Shown here: one piece after another, positions 16,201 to 24,752 of the stretch
Layout: the number at the start of each line of letters is the position of its first letter
Numbering within the stretch: position 1 is the first letter of the stretch
Source: a virus
Taxonomy: Duplodnaviria > Caudoviricetes
DNA length: 26,960 nucleotides
IMG/VR virus record: IMGVR_UViG_3300017910_000383
Location: 1-26,960 of that record
Direction: 5' to 3' (one strand)
Notes under the pieces: model-generated
Seen by the model: only the letters and a program-made list of their open reading frames with translations
Database searches by the model: none
What the model was told of the DNA's origin: nothing
Made by a program: the position numbers and the translations under genes

Positions 16201-16979
16201 TTCATTGCGGCATCGAATGCTTTCTGACTTAGGCCGGCATTTTTTGCAGTAACTTCAAAAGCCTCGTCAGCTACTTGTGCAAATTTACCAGACGAAACAT
16301 TTTTAAAGTTATCTAAGAACTCAAGTGCCCCGGTTGCTGATTTATCTGCTTGCTTGGAAAAAAATCTCCAAGGAGTCGCTAGTAAAGACATACCATAAGT
16401 AAAGGTTTCTCCGGCCCGACGAGACGCTTCCAAACTAGGTATTACTGGATCCTCTTTACCTGTTACAGCTTCATCAATTTCACTTCCGGCTATTGCTCCC
16501 GTTATGGCTCCACCGATACCTCCAATGGTGTAAATAGCTCCACGAGCGGCCAAACCGGGTAATCCCAGCGGAGGTATTAAATTAGCTATCGGAGCCGCCG
16601 CCGCTACTCCAGTTTTAAAGCCAGCATATCCTCCCACGGCTTCAGGTATTGTTTCTGTAACACCGCCTGCAAACGCTTTAAGTTTTGGGATGGAACCATC
16701 TGGGTCAAACTTACCGTAATCTTCTACATTTGTGAAAAGCGTTAGGATTTCTTCAGACGATAGCTGTCGATCCTCTGGTGCAATTCCTTTATATCTATCC
16801 AGTTGGTCCAGTATTGGATGAGTTCCTGACTTTAAAGACTCGACTGTAATCGGCTGATCCATAAAGCCAAGATCTTCTGTGGCAATCTGAACAACCCCTT
16901 CAACCGTCCCGTCTAAACCTTGCGTCTCGATTAAACTTTCAAACTGTCTAGGTTCAAGATTGATTAAACTTTCAGCCAT
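13212..16979 (-). CDS. Large putative internal virion/DNA ejection protein, 1255 aa
   Basis: Size and position typical of the largest podovirus ejection protein. Mostly helical, with Gly/Ala-rich hydrophobic segments and a Pro/Gln-rich tail. Confidence 0.7.
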   Translation of the reverse strand: MAESLINLEPRQFESLIETQGLDGTVEGVVQIATEDLGFMDQPITVESLKSGTHPILDQLDRYKGIAPEDRQLSSEEILTLFTNVEDYGKFDPDGSIPKLKAFAGGVTETIPEAVGGYAGFKTGVAAAAPIANLIPPLGLPGLAARGAIYTIGGIGGAITGAIAGSEIDEAVTGKEDPVIPSLEASRRAGETFTYGMSLLATPWRFFSKQADKSATGALEFLDNFKNVSSGKFAQVADEAFEVTAKNAGLSQKAFDAAMKARTDATRGEMFGGALGTNLGLTKFNPAGYILDPRKGPATARMIGGVEKGIQASKKLARENPKSYLGLEATVAGGTALGAVVAQNIDPYDDATRLGSEVAFSFIIPFPVQVLADFGKPAVKGVFGKVKEWYGKKDNVDGLLAEGVTEDSFQRIYTAIQRSEEYADEKLANGEIITADEKLAVFIDGLNKASIDADGNPVNLTAADLAETSGLPLSKTIRTLQNELQKNSKELEAATGKGQEELTMGAINAIGVLAKTGDPEAVTAAARIQQALFEENIINGIDNAVTRLTTSATKVLGREPTAESQRVDLSEKLYEVLQQQISLGKRRENDLWQSLKSFPLTQFFAKNGKQIQQPNTLQLLDRPSIRGGLNFSSKGAQQDFNSDVGAYLADIDDLRTFFQRGEGRNPARAEKFWLMYSGLLEKSATLRKDGKVQRARRISKLADAVLRDLTGQKDDATAAYNTARAYTFARNNVFSRTFLSNLEATDKSRGLKLSPEELLEKFFQGTPRAVVQRYEQIQAAGKFLIKEGGFTENQVQNMTASRILDEALRDSFSKIMTRKVKRNPNDPNQQIEVFEVDPVKLATFKKQSGAKELMALLPDLQVDLKDAQSAQRAFDNFLNDPANSLSIPKARQAGFTDAQIDEYYKNQAFQFALQYDDPGKAVSEALASKRPVRALTELFNMIEKTSPAEYAKQGFSKESALKGFRSAIINHALTKSNNNVGLPNGDSLQKTLFGPIDKAPANLNMTLTKFMLEKGLADQKYIDDLSAQVKQLRGIQEAFATNNFDNVLFKTPSLSKSFLIKIGGATAGTAFQQKLKQLIGLPQMSGGLIAEQTGSQLTQQLLLRGPETQRIKIMTEIFSNPKLLAEGLKTIKDKKDLDKALTVFEAVFSPLAKQVGRRLPIAIREIEEDEEFIPPEESFAPQASVQAPQLNLMAQRFAQPTPTVIQPRPAAPAPAPVQPQGGANPQQRQQLAALFPNDPLLQAAGGSGGIGSLFS

Positions 16980-19189
16980 TACTGCATCATCCTGCGTATT
17001 TGATTTTTGGCGCGTGACATGCTTTGATCCTCACCGGTACCCGGAATAGTTCTCGTGGTGGGAGTACCGAAATGTTCTTGGAACAATAAAACATCTGCCA
17101 ATAAAGTTTTTACTCGATTCATTGCTCTTCTTTCGCGGGTAACTTGATTTTGACTAAATCCTCCAGAATCTCCACCATACTCGGGTAACATTTTAGCGCC
17201 TAACGTCATCGCTTTTTGTAGTTGAGAACTGATGGTATCAAGCTGTGCTTTAGCATCTATATCAGTTCTACCAAACAATCCGCCCGGACGTATTTTTTCT
17301 GTTTCTTTTTCTAAAAGTTCCTGTAGAAACTTCAAAACTCTACTGCCCGAGGTTTCAGCGTCGGTGGTCAGTTGCAAAACGTCGTTAGCTAAGGAGGTCA
17401 AGTTTTGTTGAGCCCGTTTGAAATTTTGACTTTCCTGAGAAACTTCGTCACCAGTAAGCTCCGCCAAAAAACCCTCAGCCACTGCGACTGCTCCCGGTAC
17501 TAAACGAGAACCACCTATAGCCGCTTTGTAGTTTATATTCGGATCGAATCGAGTGGATTCATGATTTTTAAAGATTGGTGAATCAACCTTTACTTGGAAT
17601 GTCTCTGGATCAATAAGTTCTTTAGTAGCGTTAGCCAAAGAAGGCAAGTCTTCATCATCCGATTGAATTGCATCAGAGCGATCAGGGGATTCTGGGAGAT
17701 CCTCTCCGCCAAGTATTTTTTGCACTTTGTTATAAAAAGCAGGATTACCTTTCTCTAATGCGGCTAGAATCTTAGGAGCCAATTCTACAGATTCTCCCTG
17801 CACAAACCGTCCAGCTTGTGCATTCCAACTGACGTTCGTTGCAGGGTTAATGTAGTCCAAAATAGATTGCTCAAAGAGCGTTGTTTTATCACCTAATTGC
17901 TTTCTAGCATAACCCTCAAGTCGAGTGTCATTGGTTATGTAGTTTAAAGTAGCGGTCTTAGCCGCGCTTCCTACCTTATCTGCTTGTGCCGCTTCTTGTG
18001 CAATGGCCAGATTGCCTAATTGATATTCTTCGGTAACTGCATCTCGGGCTTCCTGCAAATTGACTTGTCGTGTTTTCAGGTCGAACCCTTTCTCAGCCAT
18101 CGCGTTATCAAACAATCTATTTGCTTTTGCAATTTCACGGTCAATATCTGCTTCGCTCTTAGAAAACCTACGGGCTTCTTCTGCCAACAGTTGACGGAAC
18201 CTTTGGTCGTTTACTTGAAGATCCATTCTTGCGGCACGTTCTAAGGCAGATTCTGTTGCTCTGAAGGCGTTGTTGTTATCATCTTGTGCTATTTGCAAAG
18301 TGCTTCTCAAGTTAGCCAACTCGATGTTTTGCGCTTGTCCCTTATCCATCTTGGCAAGATCATAGCTATTCTTCACTTCAGCAACTTTTAAGGTGTTTTC
18401 TAAATCAACGCCCTTTTCATTAATTCTTAATTGACTTTGATACGCATCGTTTTGCTTCTGCAACTCTGCCGCTTGAGCCTGTAAATCAGTGCGATTCTTG
18501 AAATCTATGCTTCCTTTCAAAGTCGCAAGTGCTTTTCTGTTTTCTTGTAAAGCGGCTTCCAAAGTCAACCTGTTAGCATTCCGATACTGTTCTAAAGTAA
18601 TGTTGCCAGCTTGTTTTAATTTTTCTAAATCAACTGCTTGCTGACCAGTAAGACCCAACTGCTCCATGCGTTGAGCCCCAAGTTGGGATTGTAAAATTTG
18701 ACCGGTCTTCAGCTTTAATTTATCGGTTAATTCTATTTTTGCTATGTCCCCGGCTTGTCTTATATTTTGGATGTCTTTTTCTTGTTGGAACTTTTGTTCT
18801 TGTCCCAAAGCGGCTTCTGCCGACTGCAAAGCACTTAACTGCACCGCTTGCTCTTGTTTTTTAAGGTCGTCTTTAGTCTTCGACAGATCAGCAGATCGCT
18901 GTCCGAGTCTAGGGAATAGTTGTGTTTGAATAGCCGATTCAGCTAGTCGCTCTGCTGGAGACATGCCCGGACGGGATCCGGCTGTGCTAAAGTTTAAAGC
19001 AGTATTAGCTAAATCAAAGAAGAACTGAGCTTGAGCTTGTTTTCTAGCTTCTTCTAGCCGAGGTTTTGGGTCTTCAATGAGCCCTTGTCGCACGTCAAAT
19101 CGCTCACGAGCCAATTCCCCCAGTCGGCCTTCTGTAGTGGCAAACGGGTTATTAGAGAGTAAAGATCCAATACCTTGATTGACGGCCAT
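16979..19189 (-). CDS. Putative internal virion/ejection protein with a long coiled coil, 736 aa
   Basis: Q/E/A/L/K-rich helical N-terminal half; position in the operon. Confidence 0.7.
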   Translation of the reverse strand: MAVNQGIGSLLSNNPFATTEGRLGELARERFDVRQGLIEDPKPRLEEARKQAQAQFFFDLANTALNFSTAGSRPGMSPAERLAESAIQTQLFPRLGQRSADLSKTKDDLKKQEQAVQLSALQSAEAALGQEQKFQQEKDIQNIRQAGDIAKIELTDKLKLKTGQILQSQLGAQRMEQLGLTGQQAVDLEKLKQAGNITLEQYRNANRLTLEAALQENRKALATLKGSIDFKNRTDLQAQAAELQKQNDAYQSQLRINEKGVDLENTLKVAEVKNSYDLAKMDKGQAQNIELANLRSTLQIAQDDNNNAFRATESALERAARMDLQVNDQRFRQLLAEEARRFSKSEADIDREIAKANRLFDNAMAEKGFDLKTRQVNLQEARDAVTEEYQLGNLAIAQEAAQADKVGSAAKTATLNYITNDTRLEGYARKQLGDKTTLFEQSILDYINPATNVSWNAQAGRFVQGESVELAPKILAALEKGNPAFYNKVQKILGGEDLPESPDRSDAIQSDDEDLPSLANATKELIDPETFQVKVDSPIFKNHESTRFDPNINYKAAIGGSRLVPGAVAVAEGFLAELTGDEVSQESQNFKRAQQNLTSLANDVLQLTTDAETSGSRVLKFLQELLEKETEKIRPGGLFGRTDIDAKAQLDTISSQLQKAMTLGAKMLPEYGGDSGGFSQNQVTRERRAMNRVKTLLADVLLFQEHFGTPTTRTIPGTGEDQSMSRAKNQIRRMMQ

Positions 19190-19190
19190 A

Positions 19191-19757
19191 TTAGCCTCCC
19201 ATCATGGACATAATGCCGCCGGCCATATCACCTTGTACCGGCTGTTGCATCTCTTGCTCTGCAAGTCCGCCAATACCCTGATCGACCATCGACATCTGCA
19301 CAACGGGCTGTACCAGTGCTAATACAGATTCAGGAGTCTGCGCGGCGTCTTCTTCTCCAACGAGAGTGGCAAGTTCGGCGCGGCGTTGCTCAACAGTTGC
19401 ATCGTCACCGCGAACAGAATTCATCATTGTCTCAAAGTCTTCGGCTTGTTCGGGATCACCGATTTCTGGAGCGACTTCAGACAGCATTTGCTCAACAGTT
19501 TCTTGATCTACTTCGCCAACGCCCATGCCTTCCATATCCATAGCAGAACCGGGGTCCGCGGGAGCCTGTTCTAGGGCCGCGATTCCGGCAGGTGGTGCCA
19601 TTGTCGGCTCACCGCCCATCTGCATTTTTTTAAGATCAACCCCGCGGCCTATCAAAATGTCCGCTTGAGTAATCTCATTATCGTTGTTCATGTCTGGAAA
19701 ACCTGCGGCTCCGCCTTTAGCAAACATCTGCCGTTGCATTACACCTCTGTTCATCAT
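19191..19757 (-). CDS. Putative virion protein with an EF-hand-like loop, 188 aa
   Basis: Acidic and Met-rich; DMNNDNEITQAD loop; FAKGG and GIMSM motifs. Confidence 0.7.
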   Translation of the reverse strand: MMNRGVMQRQMFAKGGAAGFPDMNNDNEITQADILIGRGVDLKKMQMGGEPTMAPPAGIAALEQAPADPGSAMDMEGMGVGEVDQETVEQMLSEVAPEIGDPEQAEDFETMMNSVRGDDATVEQRRAELATLVGEEDAAQTPESVLALVQPVVQMSMVDQGIGGLAEQEMQQPVQGDMAGGIMSMMGG

Positions 19758-20572
19758 CCGAATAACCCTGCCTTATTTGCGCCTGCCGCCGCTGACAGAC
19801 CCGCAATACCCAGACCAAGATACTGCTGTGCCGGAGAGACACTAGGCGCTGTAGAAGAAGCAATAGTTTGCTGTGTTGATGGTGCGCCTTTATAAATGTC
19901 AGATAAAAACGCGTACCGTTGATATGGTTCGTACAGTTGAGCGAGGTCGCTCTGACGTTGTGCCTCAAGCTCTGCCTGTTGTTGTGCCTGCTGACGTTGA
20001 CCCATGTCGAAGGCAAACTGCGCTTCTTGCTGTCCAAGCTGTTGGCCCAACTGTCCAAGACTTGCCTGACGCAGACCTAGAGTTCCAAGCTGTTCTGCGG
20101 CTGTTTGTGCCGCTCGCTGTGCCTGTAGGAAGTTCTGCGCTTGCGATTGAGCAAGGGCCGCGGCCCGATTACGGTCGATCTCGCTTTGCGCTACTTGGGC
20201 TCTGGAACCGCCAAAAGCGCCTGCCCCTACGGCCTGCCCTGCCGCCTGATTTTGCTGAATGTCAAAAGCTCTGTTGATCTCAGACTGCACCGCGTCTTGA
20301 TAAGGGTTCATGTATTCTGTAACAGCACCGGGTTGTATGGCCCGCAGTGCATCGCCCATCGTGTAACCGGCCTGCTCTAGGTACGGTGTAAAACCACCAA
20401 TACCCTGCGCCGCCAGTTGCGCCGCCTGCCGTTGCAACCCGGATTGTTCGGCAACTTGTTGTACCGGTAAAGTTATTGGTACATCAGCAAGAGCCCTAGC
20501 ATCTTTTAGAAGCCCTAGTTTATAGGCTTCAATTTCGGGAGCTTCGCGGACTATCTGCTCGGTTACACTCAT
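19754..20572 (-). CDS. Putative DNA pilot/ejection protein, Gln/Ala-rich, 272 aa
   Basis: YMNPYQ...AGAFGGSR motifs and a hydrophobic Gly/Ala C-terminus (YLGLGIAGLSAAAG). Confidence 0.7.
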   Translation of the reverse strand: MSVTEQIVREAPEIEAYKLGLLKDARALADVPITLPVQQVAEQSGLQRQAAQLAAQGIGGFTPYLEQAGYTMGDALRAIQPGAVTEYMNPYQDAVQSEINRAFDIQQNQAAGQAVGAGAFGGSRAQVAQSEIDRNRAAALAQSQAQNFLQAQRAAQTAAEQLGTLGLRQASLGQLGQQLGQQEAQFAFDMGQRQQAQQQAELEAQRQSDLAQLYEPYQRYAFLSDIYKGAPSTQQTIASSTAPSVSPAQQYLGLGIAGLSAAAGANKAGLFG

Positions 20573-22200
20573 GACATCATTTGTCCTTTGTTTTCAAGGT
20601 TACGCATCATTGAATACATGTTGTTAATACCCTGCGTCATACTGCCGTTGCCAAGCCCCTTGACGGCGTTCTTTGTCATTACAAACTCACCGGGCATCAA
20701 CAAAGCGCGAACGCTGTCTTGGTCGGGAATGCCTTCGTTAGGCATGATCCCGCCAGTCCGACGTGGGAAAACTTGTCCACCTTCTGCCGCAAACATTTGT
20801 GGACGTACAAACGGGTTACGTCTTTGCAAGAAAGAGGGTAGCCCGTACTCAGTGCCTACTGTAAACGGACCTTGTGCATAAGACGGTGTCCTTGCTTCAG
20901 GCGACAACCGGTACTCTTCTGGGTTCTCTGCTATGAGGTCTGCTCCTGTGCGCTGATCGACAAGGTCTGGCTCTTCTTCGGGAGACGGTTCAAAGAACCC
21001 GCCCAACGTGGCGGCACCTAAACCTGCTACGGCTGTTGGTCCAAACCGCTCTATAATTCCCGGACCTGCGGCTGATCTAGCGGCTTCTAAGCCCGCCTCT
21101 GTTGGTGTAATACCTGCCTTAGCCGCTCTAGCGAGATAAGCTTCTCCTGCCGCATCTTGAGCTAACGCAACATCTTCAACAGTTTTACCGCCACGGAACA
21201 TGTAATCTCCAACGGTGTCCAGCATACTTTTTTCTGTGGGAGGAGGTGGCGGTGGAGGCGTTCTTGCTCCTAAATCAACTATTTTTCCTGCGGAATCAAA
21301 GTCTAATAAACGCGAAGAATCATCAACCTTCGGGGAAATATCTAACGCCTCGCCTCTCACTTGGTTGATAGTGACAGGCTCAATAGACAAAGATTCTGCC
21401 GCAGGTGCTTGATAAGCCGTACCACCTTCGGCAGTTGGACCTTGCGACATATTTTTCATAGAGAACCCTGAAAAGTCTCCAGTTGCCGCTTTTCCAATGC
21501 TTTCGATACCTGCTGAAACATTGCTGAGTTTAGCGGCATTTTTCATACCGCCCATAAAAGTACCGCCACTAAATTTAGACGAAAGACCCGCAGAAACAGC
21601 GCCCATTGCCCCCGCAGTTAATGCAGATCTAAGTGCGTCTTTTAAATTACCGCCTTGTATAAGAGTTCCAATTCCTGAACCAAGAGCGGCACCATACATG
21701 GGACCAAAAGCGGCAGTTCCTACAACGGTAAGCACTGCCGGAGCAACCTTCTTCAGTACCTTGCCGACTTTACTAACTGCTTTGCTTACGCTTTTCCCAA
21801 TCTTGGAAACAGCCCGTCGAATTGATTTGAAGAAAAATTCAGGCAATCCGGTCTCGGGATTGATTGAGTTTTCACCAGAACCAACGACGTACCGCTCTGG
21901 GTTTTCAACGCCCATTTCGCGGAGGTGACTAAAAATAGACTCTTTGAGTTCCGGATTACCCTCGATCAGGGCCCGTGGTACGAGAAGCTCGCCTGTCTCA
22001 ACGTGAGCTACTTTATCGTCGCCATAACGACCATAGGACGCCATGCGCTTTGCAACATCTTCAAAGTTAGCAATACCAGCAGACCCAAACGCCTCTTTCG
22101 CTTCTTCTTTTTCAAGATCTGCGATTTCTTCGGCGGTCATTATAAAATCGGCAATCCCGCCGGCTGGTACTTCTTCTTCTATCAGTTGCGCTTGTGCCAT
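20569..22200 (-). CDS. Putative internal virion protein, 543 aa
   Basis: GRYGDDKVAHVETGE, SINPETGLPEFF, a Gly/Ala hydrophobic region, and DSVRALLMPGEFVM (a motif also seen in tape-measure-type proteins). Confidence 0.7.
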   Translation of the reverse strand: MAQAQLIEEEVPAGGIADFIMTAEEIADLEKEEAKEAFGSAGIANFEDVAKRMASYGRYGDDKVAHVETGELLVPRALIEGNPELKESIFSHLREMGVENPERYVVGSGENSINPETGLPEFFFKSIRRAVSKIGKSVSKAVSKVGKVLKKVAPAVLTVVGTAAFGPMYGAALGSGIGTLIQGGNLKDALRSALTAGAMGAVSAGLSSKFSGGTFMGGMKNAAKLSNVSAGIESIGKAATGDFSGFSMKNMSQGPTAEGGTAYQAPAAESLSIEPVTINQVRGEALDISPKVDDSSRLLDFDSAGKIVDLGARTPPPPPPPTEKSMLDTVGDYMFRGGKTVEDVALAQDAAGEAYLARAAKAGITPTEAGLEAARSAAGPGIIERFGPTAVAGLGAATLGGFFEPSPEEEPDLVDQRTGADLIAENPEEYRLSPEARTPSYAQGPFTVGTEYGLPSFLQRRNPFVRPQMFAAEGGQVFPRRTGGIMPNEGIPDQDSVRALLMPGEFVMTKNAVKGLGNGSMTQGINNMYSMMRNLENKGQMMS

Positions 22201-22385
22201 TATTGAGTAGCTCCGCTTGCACTAGGTACTGTTACTTCAATCATTGTACTGCGTTTCTCAGATCCGGTCCAAGAATTACCACATTCTGGACATTTACCTT
22301 CAGGATAGCTGGCTATCTCTTCAGGAGTGTTTACCTCATTCGGACATGACGCACAATGAACAGTGTCTTCAGTTTTTGCAGTCAT
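22200..22385 (-). CDS. Small zinc-ribbon protein, 61 aa
   Basis: CASC-x16-CPECG. Confidence 0.75.
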   Translation of the reverse strand: MTAKTEDTVHCASCPNEVNTPEEIASYPEGKCPECGNSWTGSEKRSTMIEVTVPSASGATQ

Positions 22386-22681
22386 TCTATACTTACCTCT
22401 ACTTGACCTAAATTAGTTGTTGCTCCAACGCCTGCTACATGAGGCCGGTTTGCCTGACTTATCTTTAATATACCGTCTACCTCAAAAACTGCTCCTGCTT
22501 CAAGCCCTATGTCGTTACCTTCCTGTAAAGTAGTAAGCGTAAGGTTCGTGTGCCGCGTTTCGCCGGGGTTTTGTACTTGCTCAAGAAAGATAGAAAAGGC
22601 TCGAACAATCTGATCCTGATACTCTTGGTTGTAGCTGACCGGAGCTTGCGGAAAAAACGGGCGTATTAAACCTCTGCTCAT
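22382..22681 (-). CDS. Hypothetical tail-associated protein, 99 aa
   Basis: ATGA-coupled to both neighbours; C-terminal GVGATTNLGQVEV motif. Confidence 0.75.
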   Translation of the reverse strand: MSRGLIRPFFPQAPVSYNQEYQDQIVRAFSIFLEQVQNPGETRHTNLTLTTLQEGNDIGLEAGAVFEVDGILKISQANRPHVAGVGATTNLGQVEVSIE

Positions 22682-24243
22682 CGGCTACCATCCGGTCGAA
22701 TATCTACACGCGGGGAACCTAACCGCCACCCCGTACCTGTAGCCGTAGACTCTACACGCAAAGCAAACGACCGCCCACGTAGACGGACATGAGCTTGATT
22801 GGTAAATAGCTCTATGGGAACTGACGCCGATTGAGTCACAGTTGAATCGTCTGTATTTGAGTAAGTCGCTCCCGGAAAGTTACGCGCTTTTAAAGTAAAG
22901 ACCGCAGAAGGCGCGTCCGTGCTTGAATTACGGAAAGTAATATCCGGTATCAAACGACGCAAAAATACAAAGTCGTTTCCATCCTGAATGTCTTGTTGAC
23001 TTGATTCAATAAAGGCAGTGATGCCTGTTTGAGGTGTCGTGGACCCATCATCAAAACCATCTTCATGAAAGAACAAATGCCCTGTTGAAGACGCCGCGAT
23101 AGGATTAGATCTAATACCTCTATCAACCCATGCGGTTCTTTCTAAGTTTCCGATATACCATATCTTTTGTTCATAGTTGTAAATGACATAGCGGTCTATT
23201 TCAGTAGCGGTGCTAGACGGGTAGAACCACCATACTTCACCAAAAGAACTGTTTATAGCTGTAAAAACTTTTTCTTTTTGCAACAGGTTAAAATCACTGA
23301 ACACGTAATCTAAAACGGTGCAAGGTAATTTTTGTACGGCTCCCGTGTAGATGTAGAAGTCCTGTTCTCCCATCCAAAACACAATATCGTCTACAGCGAT
23401 AGCGGCGTTTGGAGCTATGATTGTTGTATTTTCAGAAAGAATACCTAGCCCAAAGGTAAAGGGTGGCCCTAAGAACTGCATTGCGTGTAAAGAAACATCT
23501 GTAAAAACTAACATCTGTTGTTTTGTTTCTACCGCCGTAACGATTTCAGAACCCGAGGATATTCGAAGATCTCCAGCAGTGTTTGTGGCAGTTGGTAACC
23601 ACGTTGTGGGAGTTTCTTGATCTGAAAAACGTATTAACAAAGGATCTACTGTTCCGATACTACCAATAGCATCACACCCAAAAGCGATGACATGCCGATC
23701 TCTGTCTGAGACAAGCACCTTTTTTGCAACTTGAGGCGTCGCTGAATCTGCGCCGGTTAAAGAATGAAGTGGAATTGCCCGAGAAGAAACTCCGTTAGTT
23801 CTATCCCAGTAAAAAATACCGCCGTTACGAATGTTAATAATTAAGTCTTCACCAAAATTATCGTGAGACCAAAGCCTTAAAACGTCGCTGGTTGCAAGTG
23901 AGGTGCTGGCAGAGCCCCATGTCCCACGACCCCACGTTCCGGCCCCCCATCCATTTCCCGGAACAACCGTGTCCAAGCCGGGATTGACTTGAAACTCTGC
24001 AATAATTGCAGACCCCCCACCCGCGGAAACAGTAGAACTAGCTGTGGTGCTTACAGTAATATTAAAACTACTGGAAGTTACGTTTGAAACTTGATGCTCT
24101 TTGTTAAGGTCAGACGCAGGAACACCACCTACCGCTGTTGCTCCAGAAAAACTAACGTAAGCAGTGTTTATCGCACCATGATTAGCAATGTTAACCGTAA
24201 CGGTGGTAGAGCCGGAGGTCGTTGCAAAACAGTTTATAGGCAT
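22678..24243 (-). CDS. Tail tube/nozzle (stabilisation-type) protein, C-terminal part
   Basis: Beta-propeller-like motifs WSHDNFGEDL, DRHVIAFG, LIRFSDQE, NTAGDLRI, EVWWFYPS, and a C-terminal WRLG.PR.DIRPDG.R. Has its own AGGAG RBS. Confidence 0.75.
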   Translation of the reverse strand: MPINCFATTSGSTTVTVNIANHGAINTAYVSFSGATAVGGVPASDLNKEHQVSNVTSSSFNITVSTTASSTVSAGGGSAIIAEFQVNPGLDTVVPGNGWGAGTWGRGTWGSASTSLATSDVLRLWSHDNFGEDLIINIRNGGIFYWDRTNGVSSRAIPLHSLTGADSATPQVAKKVLVSDRDRHVIAFGCDAIGSIGTVDPLLIRFSDQETPTTWLPTATNTAGDLRISSGSEIVTAVETKQQMLVFTDVSLHAMQFLGPPFTFGLGILSENTTIIAPNAAIAVDDIVFWMGEQDFYIYTGAVQKLPCTVLDYVFSDFNLLQKEKVFTAINSSFGEVWWFYPSSTATEIDRYVIYNYEQKIWYIGNLERTAWVDRGIRSNPIAASSTGHLFFHEDGFDDGSTTPQTGITAFIESSQQDIQDGNDFVFLRRLIPDITFRNSSTDAPSAVFTLKARNFPGATYSNTDDSTVTQSASVPIELFTNQAHVRLRGRSFALRVESTATGTGWRLGSPRVDIRPDGSR

Positions 24244-24251
24244 CTTTACTC

Positions 24252-24752
24252 CTAAACATTAACGTTTACATTACCACCGTTAACAACACTAACGGTAACA
24301 GAGCCTACGACTCCAGAGGCAATTAGGTCTGATTCCAAAACTTCGACAGAGCCGACCTGACCTGTCGCTCCAACGCCCGTGTCTAAAGTTTCTTCTATGG
24401 AGTTAACATTTCCTACTGCACCTGTTGCAGAGACACCGTTACTGCCTAAATCAACCGAACAAAAAATAGCTCGGACAGGATTAATGTCAGCGAAGCCTCC
24501 GCCCTCTTCAATATAATATTTAAGGTTCGTCCCCACACCTAAAAAACTTGAACCATCCAAAGCGACCCACGGGTGTAAAGCACGAGCCGTTCCATCAAAC
24601 TGAGAACTAGAAACTTTTGTCCAGCCGCCTATCTTTTCCGGATACCCTTGTCTAAACCGAACCTTGTCACAATCAAACCATCCACCCTCATTAGAATAAG
24701 AAGTCGTCTCTTTTACAATTCCGGGATTAAACTGTAGCTTAGTTAAGGGCAT
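24252..24752 (-). CDS. Tail tube/nozzle protein, N-terminal part, with a C-terminal GVxATGxVGxV repeat extension
   Basis: MPLTKLQFNPGI...EGGWFDCDKVRFRQGYPEKIGGW is the N-terminus I recall for this family. Confidence 0.7.
   Translation of the reverse strand: MPLTKLQFNPGIVKETTSYSNEGGWFDCDKVRFRQGYPEKIGGWTKVSSSQFDGTARALHPWVALDGSSFLGVGTNLKYYIEEGGGFADINPVRAIFCSVDLGSNGVSATGAVGNVNSIEETLDTGVGATGQVGSVEVLESDLIASGVVGSVTVSVVNGGNVNVNV

Noticed and set aside
13212-16979. Calling the 1255-aa protein a true RTX toxin
   Set aside because: No GGxGxDxUx nonapeptide repeats and no type I secretion genes. Its context indicates an internal virion protein.
24243-24460. Intron, intein or programmed frameshift explaining the split tail gene
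   Set aside because: The insert reads as in-frame protein repeats, no group I/II or intein motifs are visible, and the downstream half has its own RBS and ATG.
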